A DNA stretch of 64,000 nt, from NCBI GenBank assembly GCA_963796685.1, contig CAWCMR010000015.1, positions 32,001-96,000 of the forward strand, in the 5' to 3' direction. Positions 53,271 through 64,000 of this stretch are shown one piece after another. Positions within the stretch are counted from its first letter, which is position 1. Each line of letters starts with the position of its first letter. The DNA is from an uncultured delta proteobacterium. Lineage in GTDB: Bacteria > Myxococcota_A > Polyangia > Fen-1088. The notes beneath the pieces were generated by a model that worked only from the letters and a program-made list of their open reading frames with translations, ran no database searches and was not told the origin of the DNA. A program made the position numbers and the translations under genes.

Positions 53271-54257
53271 TCAGCGCGGGCGCTGCACAATGCGAAGCGG
53301 TATTCCAGTTGCTTGCGTAAGGTGCTCCCGGATTCGCTCCCAGTCGGGGCCTTCGCGCGCGAGCACCTGCAGCACGTCGAACCACTGACTTGTGGTCGGG
53401 GATTCCTTCTTCAGCTTCGGCAGGCTTAGGTCCTTTAACGCGATCAATGTCCAGAATTCGCGGAATCCCTCCTGCTTCGCCTTTTGGTGTGACTTCTCGG
53501 CCTCTCCCACCCGGTTGTGCGCATTGCTCTTGTCCCCTCCGCCCTTGATCTCTATCGCCACGTTCTTGTGAATCCTTCCGCCAGCCCCTTCTTCCTCCAC
53601 GCTGATGTCCGGATCGCTGGCCCGCGTGAGAAGGACCTTCCGTCCTGAAGCGTTCTTGACGACGATCTGGTTCTTGTTCCTCGAAACGATATGGGTCTTG
53701 ACGATCTCTACGACGGTAAGGAAGACCTCCTGCGTCGCGTGCTGGCCTATCTTGTTGTTGTTGGCGCCCTGAAACTGCTGCCCCAGTGTGAGCAATGGCA
53801 GGTCGCCGACGTCTCTCTTGGTGACGACGGGGTCGATTTGTCGAACCAACTCCGCCAAGGCTTCACACATGACAGCACAGAATTCTGGAAGGCCAGCACT
53901 TTGCCTTTCAGTCAGGGTGCCTGCAGCCTCCATAGACTTGAACTGTCCCATGCCACTCCCTGCTCCGTAGAACGTCTTCTGCGGTGACCCGAGGAGGAGC
54001 CTGTAGTAGCCGACAAGGGTCGGCTTTCTTTCAAGGACCGTAGGCGTCGGGAAGACGTGTTCATCCCGGATCCCCGCCGCGGCCAAGATGCGCACAGCAT
54101 CTGATGGTGCGTACTTGGACAGCTCCCTCTTGATCTGAGGTGCGTCCGAGTCGGCCAAAGCCTCTGCCAAAGCCTCCGCCAGCCACAACTTGCGGGCTGC
54201 GACAAGCTGATGGTGAAACCCAATCTGACGTGTGGGGTCCGGAGCTTTGATCGTCAT
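53271..54257 (-). CDS. Type II restriction endonuclease, XcyI-like
   Basis: PTLVGYYRLLLG..QK.FY, LLTLG.Q..GANNNKIG, DPDI..VAIEIKGG.D.SN.HNRVGEAEKSHQKAK (PD-(D/E)xK); ATGA-coupled to the methyltransferase. Confidence 0.82.
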   Translation of the reverse strand: MTIKAPDPTRQIGFHHQLVAARKLWLAEALAEALADSDAPQIKRELSKYAPSDAVRILAAAGIRDEHVFPTPTVLERKPTLVGYYRLLLGSPQKTFYGAGSGMGQFKSMEAAGTLTERQSAGLPEFCAVMCEALAELVRQIDPVVTKRDVGDLPLLTLGQQFQGANNNKIGQHATQEVFLTVVEIVKTHIVSRNKNQIVVKNASGRKVLLTRASDPDISVEEEGAGGRIHKNVAIEIKGGGDKSNAHNRVGEAEKSHQKAKQEGFREFWTLIALKDLSLPKLKKESPTTSQWFDVLQVLAREGPDWERIREHLTQATGIPLRIVQRPR

Positions 54258-55237
54258 TTGACTATGGCACCATTTAGACGTCGCTCTGCAATGGCAACGT
54301 ACTCGGGATTCAGTTCGACGCCAACGAACCTGCGCTGCAGGGCGAGGGCTACCAGCCCCGTGGTCCCGGCTCCAAGAAAAGGATCGAGCACGAGTGATCC
54401 GGTTCGACTTGCAAGCCTGATACACGGCTCGACCAATGCCGGTGGAAATGTAGCGAAGTGGGCTTCCGGAAATGGCCGCGTGTTGATGTCCAGGACAGAC
54501 CGAATGTTCCTGTCGTTCGGGCCACGAACAGCGGAAGAATCATAGTAGTAGCGAGCTTGTTTGCTGAACAAGAATACATACTCGTGGCTTCTCGTGGGGC
54601 GATCCTTGACACTCTCGGGTTGGCAGTTGGGCTTGTTCCAGATCAGATCTGTCCGCAAGTACCATCCTGCTGACTGAAGGGCAAAAGCCAGACGCCAAGG
54701 GACACCAATCAGGTCCTTAGGCTTCAGCCCTTCGGGCGTTGGCGGGCGGGTGTGCATCGCTCGCACAGGGTTCTTTTTGTCTGGCGCGCGCCACGTGCGC
54801 CCGCCCGAGGTGTACGAATCCCCTATATTCAGCCAGAGCGTCCCATCATCACGCAGCGTTCGGTGTACCTCATCGAAAACCGCCACCAAACTTCGCAGAT
54901 AGTCCTCTAGCGACTCTTCCAGCCCGATTTGTCCCTTGATATGGTAGTTGCGGAGGGACCAGTAGGGGGGAGAGGTGACACAGGTCTGAAAGACGTCACT
55001 AGGCATCTTGGCGAGAAGTTTCTGGCTATCTCCGATGGCAATCAAAGAACCCCCGTCAGCCGACTTGAAGTGGCGTGTCATCCGATCTAGGGAGGGATCG
55101 CAAACGACACATACGCTTGCTTCAGGGGCAGGACGTCTTATGATCTTGCTGGCGACAGTTGGCAGCGTGAGTTGGTGCACAACCTTCGTTATCGGCGGCG
55201 ACCTTCTGGAAGTTGCTGACATCTTTGACGGCATCAT
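54254..55237 (-). CDS. Beta-class N4-cytosine DNA methyltransferase (start uncertain)
   Basis: TSPPY motif IV precedes DPFLGAGTT motif I; KPKDLIGVPWRLAFAL, HFATFP. Confidence 0.92.
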   Translation of the reverse strand: MMPSKMSATSRRSPPITKVVHQLTLPTVASKIIRRPAPEASVCVVCDPSLDRMTRHFKSADGGSLIAIGDSQKLLAKMPSDVFQTCVTSPPYWSLRNYHIKGQIGLEESLEDYLRSLVAVFDEVHRTLRDDGTLWLNIGDSYTSGGRTWRAPDKKNPVRAMHTRPPTPEGLKPKDLIGVPWRLAFALQSAGWYLRTDLIWNKPNCQPESVKDRPTRSHEYVFLFSKQARYYYDSSAVRGPNDRNIRSVLDINTRPFPEAHFATFPPALVEPCIRLASRTGSLVLDPFLGAGTTGLVALALQRRFVGVELNPEYVAIAERRLNGAIVK

Positions 55238-55434
55238 ACTGCATCCATCCTGCTATAGAATCTCTTGGTTCAAGGCAGATCAACGATCTCGTCCAGATCC
55301 CAGACGTTGTCCAACACGCCTGCCGCTGCGGCTGGGGTCGAATGCCGGTTCGGAGCAGGTTGGCGTAGTTCAAGGCTTGGCGGTCCCGATTCGTCCAAAG
55401 CTTGAGCCGAACCTCTATCGGGCGCGCAAGCTCC

Positions 55435-55463
55435 TTGACATGGCGGCCTAGTTTCCGAATAGT
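55435..55463 (+). promoter_or_regulatory. Sigma70-type promoter
   Basis: TTGACA-N17-AATAGT, ending 9 nt before the small ORF ATG. Confidence 0.55.
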
Positions 55464-55472
55464 GGCGACTTC

Positions 55473-55637
55473 ATGGGAAAACACGATAACCGCACGTCGA
55501 TGAAGATGCGCCGCAAGAAGGCGCAGAAGAAGCTCAAGGCCCGCATCAAGAGGCAGAAGACCGAGAAGAAGGCCACCCGCAGCCCGGGCAAGGCCGCCAA
55601 GAAGCCGCGTCCGGCGCCTGCTCCTGCCAAGGAGTAG
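55473..55637 (+). CDS. 54-aa Lys/Arg-rich small protein (below the ORF-track cutoff)
   Basis: MGKHDNRTSMKMRRKKAQKKLKARIKRQKTEKKATRSPGKAAKKPRPAPAPAKE; host-like AAG/GCC/CGC codons; promoter upstream. Confidence 0.7.
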   Translation: MGKHDNRTSMKMRRKKAQKKLKARIKRQKTEKKATRSPGKAAKKPRPAPAPAKE

Positions 55638-55676
55638 CCCCGGCCGAGCCCCTTCTCGCACGGGGACCAAGGCGCC

Positions 55677-58389
<2,713 letters not shown>

Positions 58390-58411
58390 GCCTTGCCATG
58401 ATGGAACCGCT

Positions 58412-59224
58412 TTGTTCCTCCGGCGCGCTGTTCTCGCCATTGCACTGATTCTGATTCCCGGTGTCGCACGGGGGGCGCTGCGTCCGAGCACGCTGGCGAC
58501 CAAGTTCCACGGTAAGGGGCCGATCAAGAAGCCGAAGAAGCTGTCGCGTTACGGTGCCGTCGAGCTCTACCAGATCAACACGAAGGAGACCCTGCTTCTG
58601 CGTTTTCAGGACGATCGCGGCCGTCCCATCAAAGGTTGGAAGAAGCGCTTCGACCGGTTCATGCGCTGCCACCAGACCGGAACGGTCTTCAAGATGGACA
58701 TGCGCCTGGCGCACATGCTGTACGAAACAGCTCGGCATTACCCCGGGCACCGCCTGGAGGTAATTTCGGGTTACCGCCATCCCAGGGTGGCGCGCAATCC
58801 CAAGAGTCCGCACAAGAAGGGCCTGGCCTGCGATTTTCGGGTACCTGGAGTGTCCAACGCGGCTTTACGCGACTGGCTACGCAAGACCTTCGACCACGCG
58901 GGCGTGGGCTACTACCCCAATTCGGTCTTCGTCCATCTCGACGACCGCAAGAAGGGACCCTCCGCATTCTGGATCGACTATTCAGGTCCTGGACAATCTG
59001 CGTCCTATTCCGAAAATCCGCGTGAGGATCTGCGTACAGGCCGCGCCGATCACCCCCGCGTCGGCGGAGACGAGGCTGCCGGGCGGGCGGAGGGCGCGGA
59101 TGACATGGCCCAAGCCGGAGCGGCAACCGTCCAAGTCAAGCCTCATGGCGATGGCGCGCAATCGAAGGTGCAGGCCACTCGACCCATCGAGGTCAAGTCT
59201 GCTTCGGATCCATTCGGCGATTGA
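58412..59224 (+). CDS. DUF882/YcbK (peptidase M15) exported protein
   Basis: Signal peptide; ISGYR, SPHKKGLACDF, GVGYYP..FVHLD. Confidence 0.85.
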   Translation: MFLRRAVLAIALILIPGVARGALRPSTLATKFHGKGPIKKPKKLSRYGAVELYQINTKETLLLRFQDDRGRPIKGWKKRFDRFMRCHQTGTVFKMDMRLAHMLYETARHYPGHRLEVISGYRHPRVARNPKSPHKKGLACDFRVPGVSNAALRDWLRKTFDHAGVGYYPNSVFVHLDDRKKGPSAFWIDYSGPGQSASYSENPREDLRTGRADHPRVGGDEAAGRAEGADDMAQAGAATVQVKPHGDGAQSKVQATRPIEVKSASDPFGD

Positions 59225-59288
59225 GCGTTGTGGAACCGCGGCCAGGGGTGCTAGTGTTTGCGGGCCCTAGACCCAAGGAGATTCGCAG

Positions 59289-60230
59289 ATGAGAAGATTC
59301 GGACTTTCCTGCCTGGCAGTGCTTGTGGCCCTGACAACCGCGCAAATCGCCGCCGCCAAGGGTGGCAAGAAGAAGGCCGAGAAGGTCAAGGGACCTGCGC
59401 CCATCGCCAAGGCTGCCGAGATCAAGGAGCTCAAGGGCGACTACACCTGGGGGATGTCTCCCCAGGCGGTGAAGGAGAAGCTCTTCGCCAAGATCGAGGC
59501 GAATTACAAGGATCGGATGAATGCCGCCCGTCTCGATCCCGCCAAGACCGACAAGCTCCGCGACTGGATCAAGGCCGACAAGGACAAGGTCAGCAAGAGC
59601 TATGTCAAGCTGCAGGGCCACATCCCGGGCTGGGAAACCTCGATCATCGACAAGGAGTTCGTGCCGAACAACAACGAATCCATGCTCGAATACCGGGAGC
59701 CCAAGTCGACGCGCTATTTCTTCTTCTCGGGCGACTCGCTGTACAAGATGTTCATTGCCTTCGACCGGGAAGTGGTTCAAGGCAAGAGCTTCGCGGAATT
59801 CGGCGAGATGATGCAGCAGAAGTTCGGCAAGGCCCAGCCCGTCTATCGCACCGTGGTCGATCACGGCGCGAAGAACCAGATACTCGACACCTTCCTTTGG
59901 CGCTCGGCCGAGGGGGACGGGCTGCGCTTGGTCGACCGCTCCAAGTTCTACGATGTCTACTGCCTGGTGATCTACGACCGCTCGGTGGAGGACCGGGAGG
60001 AAGAGGTTCGCAAGACCAACGCGGCCAAAGTCCCCACGGGCTCGTTCGTCGACAGCTTGATCACCGACAAGGAAAGCGATCGCGACGAGAACGACAACGT
60101 GGTCGATCGCATCACCGGCAAGGATGTCCTCAAACCTGGCGAACGACGCGGTGGTCAACAGAATATCAAGGTTCCTTCCCCTACCGCTCCTACCGGTGGC
60201 GAAATGAAGGCCGAAGACCGGGCCTATTGA
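59289..60230 (+). CDS. Exported hypothetical protein
   Basis: AAGGAG RBS, signal peptide, strong GC3 bias, Lys-rich. Confidence 0.75.
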   Translation: MRRFGLSCLAVLVALTTAQIAAAKGGKKKAEKVKGPAPIAKAAEIKELKGDYTWGMSPQAVKEKLFAKIEANYKDRMNAARLDPAKTDKLRDWIKADKDKVSKSYVKLQGHIPGWETSIIDKEFVPNNNESMLEYREPKSTRYFFFSGDSLYKMFIAFDREVVQGKSFAEFGEMMQQKFGKAQPVYRTVVDHGAKNQILDTFLWRSAEGDGLRLVDRSKFYDVYCLVIYDRSVEDREEEVRKTNAAKVPTGSFVDSLITDKESDRDENDNVVDRITGKDVLKPGERRGGQQNIKVPSPTAPTGGEMKAEDRAY

Positions 60231-60247
60231 GATTGTGACGGCAACCC

Positions 60248-60276
60248 TTGACAGGGACCGTCGGCATCAGCAAGAT
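60248..60276 (+). promoter_or_regulatory. Sigma70-type promoter of rpsT
   Basis: TTGACA-N17-CAAGAT. Confidence 0.55.
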
Positions 60277-60290
60277 TCGCACCCTTCCCA

Positions 60291-60557
60291 ATGGCGAACA
60301 TACAATCTTCGGAGAAGAAGAACCGGCAGCGAATCAAGCGCGAGGCGCGCAATGCCAGCCAAAAGTCGGCCATGCGCACCGCCGTGAAGAAACTGCGGGC
60401 CGCAATCGCGGCCAAGGATTCCAAACAGACGGACGCGCTGCTCAAAGAGGCGACCAAGCTCATCGCCCGCTTGGGCGGTCGCGGTGTCATCAAGCCGCGT
60501 ACGGCATCGCGAGAGGTTTCACGCCTCACCGTTGCCGCGAAGCAGCCCCCGGCATAA
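60291..60557 (+). CDS. rpsT: 30S ribosomal protein S20
   Basis: MANIQSSEKKNRQ..RN..KSAMRTAVKK..GVI..TASR..SRL. Confidence 0.95.
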   Translation: MANIQSSEKKNRQRIKREARNASQKSAMRTAVKKLRAAIAAKDSKQTDALLKEATKLIARLGGRGVIKPRTASREVSRLTVAAKQPPA

Positions 60558-60617
60558 CCGCTCCACGCGTGGCGGGCCGGCGAGCTCAGCCTACGGCCTG
60601 CTGGCCTGCATACGGCA

Positions 60618-61160
60618 TGGGGACCTTCGAGGGTTCCCATTACTCGCGTAGGCGAAGGCGGGCTTTGCCCGCCGACTTCGTCGGTGCTTCGGGACCTGCA
60701 CCTCCCCGCCCTCACCCACGCGTCCTTCGGACGCGCCCCTCGCGCCTCCGCCAGAGCGCGCGAGGCCGAGCGCAGCGAGCGGGGAGGAGGGTGGCGGGTG
60801 GGGCCGAGGGTTTGGGAACCCTCCCAGGGTTCCCATTACCCGCGTAGGCGAAGGCGGGCTTTGCCCGCCGACTTCGTCGGTGCTTCGGGACCTGCACCTC
60901 CCCGCCCTCACCCACGCGTCCTTCGGACGCGCCCCTCGCGCCTCCGCCAGAGCGCGCGAGGCCGAGCGCAGCGAGCGGGGAGGAGGGTGGCGGGTGGGGC
61001 CGAGGGTTTGGGAACCCTCCCAGGGTTCCCATTACCCGCGTAGGCGAAGGCGGGCTTTGCCCGCCTCCGCCAGAGCGCGCGAGGCCGAGCGCAGCGAGCG
61101 GGGAGGAGGGTGGCGGGTGGGGCCGAGGGTTTGGGAACCCTCCCAGGGTTCCCATCTCAA
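60618..61160. repeat. Tandem array of a 196-bp multi-hairpin REP-like unit
   Basis: Units start at 60630, 60826 and 61022 (third is 123 bp, internally deleted), with a terminal stub at 61145. Confidence 0.92.
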
Positions 61161-62171
61161 TGCGCCGCCGCCTCGGCCAGTTGGCGCACGAGGCGCAGCA
61201 TCTGTACATCCGGGTCGACCCGCGACGATTTGAGGCTGCGGTCGGCCTGGTAGAGGTGCAGGAAGCTGCGCTTGAGTGCGGCGGTGCTCATGCGTCCGGC
61301 GGGGATGAGGATGTCGTCGAGGAAGAACGGCGCGATGCCGACCGCCGAGGCGATCTCCGCGCGCGGCACGGAGGCCGCGGAAAGCTCCTTGGCGCGCCAG
61401 ATTTGACGGAGCTGGCGCATCAACATGAATTGGATCTCTGAGCGCCGGCTCGCGATTTCTGAGCATGTTGGCGACCAGGCTCAGGGCCAAGCGAACGTCG
61501 CCGTTGCCGATGGCCTTGGTCAGCTCGAACACTCCGCGTTCGCGCGATTCCGGGATGAGCTCTTCCACGTGGGCGCGCGTGATGCGCCCGCCGGCGAAAA
61601 GGGCGACCTGTTCCAGGGAATGGGCGACGCGCCCCAAATCAGGACCAGCGAACTCGGCCAGCGCCTGCACCGCGCTGGCGTCGATGTCGAACCCGCGCCG
61701 ACGGGCCTCACCCGCCACCCAGGTCACCAGGTCGCGATCCTTGAGTCTGCTCAGCTCGTGGAGGAAACCGGCCTTGCGCAGGGCCGCGAAGGCACGCAAG
61801 CGGCCGTCCACCTTGTCGCCCACCAGGACCAGACATCCTCGCGGATTCGGGTCGGACACGAACTTGACGAGGGGCTCAAGCTCGGCGGCTTTTACCCCGT
61901 CGATGCCCTCGGCGATCACCAATCGTCGCTTGCTGAACATGGGTAGCGTGCGTGCCGCGCCGAGCACTTCGGCGAGCGCCGTCTCCTTGAGGTCGAAGAC
62001 GTCGTAGTCGAGTCCAGTGGCACCTGCCGTGTCGCTGCCGAGAACAGCCTTGCGCAGGGCCGCCAGGCAGCGATCCACCAGGAAGCGCTCGTTGCCATGC
62101 AAGCAGTAGATCGGCGCCAGATTGCCCCTGGCGATCTCACCCAGAACGTCGCTTGTTTCTTGTCTTGCCAC
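61157..62171 (-). CDS. holA: DNA polymerase III delta subunit (frameshift near 61435)
   Basis: PIYCLHGNERFL, TLPMFSKRRLV, VFELTKAI, then MLMRQLR..LYQADRSLKS; convergent with rpsT. Confidence 0.9.
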
Positions 62172-62189
62172 GCGGCACCCGCACCGAGC

Positions 62190-64000
62190 TTACTTGAGGA
62201 TACGGATGCTGTCGCCGTCGACCACGTAGACCAGCGGCGGGTCGGTGCGGCTGTGATCGGGGCCGAAGCGGATGTCGCCGGTCAGCCCCTCGAAGGTCTG
62301 CGTGGACAATATGCGCAGCACATCAGCACGGCTCCTGGCCCCGCGTTCGACCGCACCACGAAGAAGAAAGAGGGCGTCGTAGCCGTAGGCATCGGTGGCG
62401 CTCGGCGAGGTGCCATAAACCTCGCGGAAACGGGTGACGAAGCTGGCGCTGCGATTGTCGTCGGAAGGATAGAAACCGGGGCAGAGCAGGGCGCCCTGCA
62501 CGTAGCGTTCGGTGTATTGCAGGAACTTGGGCGAGACACTGAGCGCGGTGGAAAGCAACAAGGCCTCCCGGCGGCCTGGGCCGGCGCTGGCCGATGCGTA
62601 GGCGGCGGTCATGGCTACCCTCGGCGAGCGCGGCCAGATATCCGCCACCGCGAGGGCCGGCGCCACCAGCTCCAGGCGGCTGGCATCGTCGGGCACGAAC
62701 AGGGCCTCGAAGGGGAGCTTGCGCAGGTTGGCCACCGCGCTCGAAAAGCTCGTCGCCCCAGGTGGGTAGGTGATGTGCCCGGTGAGCGTGCCTCCCCCAT
62801 CTTCGACGGCCCTTTTGAAGGCCATGGCCAGCCGCTTCCCGGTCGCATTATCCGGGCCAAGAATGGCAAATCTGCGCGCGCCCAAGGCCAGCGCTTTTCG
62901 CGCCAGGGCCGCCGCGCGTGCCTCGGAGGAGTGAATGAGCGGAAACGAGGTGGACTGCGCTCCCGGGGAGCGCTCGTCGAGCAGGACCAGGGGCAGGCTG
63001 TCGCGGGTGGCCATGTCGATGGCGCGCGGGTCCGGCGTGGCGACCACGCCGACGACTTTCTCCTCGCGGGAGAGCGACAAGATGCCTGCCACCGTGCCGC
63101 CACCCGACGTGGACCGTTCTGGCGGTGCGGCAGCGTCGCGCAGTTGCAGGTGAAAGTCGGCAGCCTCGCCACCGTGGTTGGCGGCCGTGACGACCAGCAT
63201 GGCCCCGCGCAAGACCACGTCGCCGAGACGCTCCTGGGCGCCCGAGAGCGGTACCACCAGGCCCAGGTGCAGAGGGTTGGCCGAAACGGATGAAGGCGGT
63301 CCAGGCTCGAGTCCCAGTTGCCTGCGCACGGCCAGGGTGTCTTGTTCCATCTTGACCGCGCCTGTCTCGTCGCCACGGGCGCGCAGCGCCGCCGCGGCCT
63401 TGGCGCCGAGCACTGCCCGCGCGAAGACCCCATGACGAGCGCCGAGCGCGGCGAGGGCGGCGTTGTCGCTCGCCTTGCCGGCGATCTCCGCGGCCCGCGC
63501 CTTGGCGTACGCCCGGTCGGCATCTCGGAGGCCCGCGATCTGCGCGTAAAGCTCGAGCTGATCGGCGGCGCCAGCCGGATCGCCGGACGCGCCCATGGCA
63601 TCCGACAGGGCGATGCGGAGAAGACTTCGCGCCGTGGGGTCGGGGAATCCCGGAAAGCGCGGCGGATCGGCGTTGATATATGGCCTGAGCAAGCTAAGCG
63701 CCTGTTCGTAGTGGCCCAAGCGGGCTTCGCAAAGGCCCGTCAGGAAGACTCGCTCTTGCCCGTCCAGCAGCGCGGCGTTCTCATCGAGCAGCGCCTTGGC
63801 GGAAGGCGCATCCCCGAGTCCAAGCAGCACGCCCGCCAGCATGGCCACCGCGGCTGGGCGCTGGTGATGGTGCGGGTGGTTGAGGAGAAAGCCTTCCAAG
63901 GCTGCGCGCGCGGCGGGGGCGTCCCCCGTCATGGCCCGATTTGCTACCTCTCGGAAATCGGCGTCGCCACCCAGATCGCCGCCTGCGTCGACGGCGGACG
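62190..64000 (-). CDS. LpoA-like / periplasmic-binding-protein type 1 protein with TPR N-terminus (5'-truncated)
   Basis: LGLVVPLSG, FEALFVPD, FVTRFREVYG.P...AYGYDA, FEGLTG.IRF; frame stays open to the window end. Confidence 0.75.
   Translation of the reverse strand, partial: SAVDAGGDLGGDADFREVANRAMTGDAPAARAALEGFLLNHPHHHQRPAAVAMLAGVLLGLGDAPSAKALLDENAALLDGQERVFLTGLCEARLGHYEQALSLLRPYINADPPRFPGFPDPTARSLLRIALSDAMGASGDPAGAADQLELYAQIAGLRDADRAYAKARAAEIAGKASDNAALAALGARHGVFARAVLGAKAAAALRARGDETGAVKMEQDTLAVRRQLGLEPGPPSSVSANPLHLGLVVPLSGAQERLGDVVLRGAMLVVTAANHGGEAADFHLQLRDAAAPPERSTSGGGTVAGILSLSREEKVVGVVATPDPRAIDMATRDSLPLVLLDERSPGAQSTSFPLIHSSEARAAALARKALALGARRFAILGPDNATGKRLAMAFKRAVEDGGGTLTGHITYPPGATSFSSAVANLRKLPFEALFVPDDASRLELVAPALAVADIWPRSPRVAMTAAYASASAGPGRREALLLSTALSVSPKFLQYTERYVQGALLCPGFYPSDDNRSASFVTRFREVYGTSPSATDAYGYDALFLLRGAVERGARSRADVLRILSTQTFEGLTGDIRFGPDHSRTDPPLVYVVDGDSIRILK

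Noticed and set aside
60618-61160. CRISPR array
   Set aside because: The units are about 196 bp and identical throughout, with no unique spacers and no cas genes.
60591-61233. Repetitive ORFs over the array
   Set aside because: They are translations of the GC-rich repeat, with no RBS or recognisable domain.

Overview
GC-rich bacterial DNA, very probably from a myxobacterium (Myxococcota): it carries a MYXO-CTERM protein, Hanks-type kinases, a kinase-TPR/PEGA-lipoprotein module and TIGR02270/DUF6484 genes. The left half (1-31 kb) is a type VI secretion locus in two converging arms. The plus arm has the vgrG 3' end, then after accessory genes and a YefM-YoeB module between two decayed gene copies, a lower-GC cassette: ketosynthase-like adaptor, AHH nuclease, Imm11, Imm49. 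The minus arm has tagH-tssA-tssB-tssC-hcp-tagJ-tssE-tssF-tssG-clpV, then DUF6484-TIGR02270-DUF2169, a MidA/NDUFAF7-like SAM methyltransferase-TPR gene, and a PAAR-like gene. The methyltransferase coupled into the spike-tip operon is the most unusual element. The right half is mostly housekeeping: tRNA-Arg, a sigma54-driven Crp/Fnr regulator, mlaEFD, yceD-rpmF-plsX-fabG-acpP-fabF, pepP, clpSA, an ABC-F ATPase, pgi, mutS, rpsT and holA. It also has an XcyI-like restriction-modification pair, an unannotated 54-aa basic protein and a structured 196-bp tandem repeat. About eleven single-base frameshifts, including one in holA, suggest long-read assembly errors. All family calls come from motif recognition by eye, not database searches.
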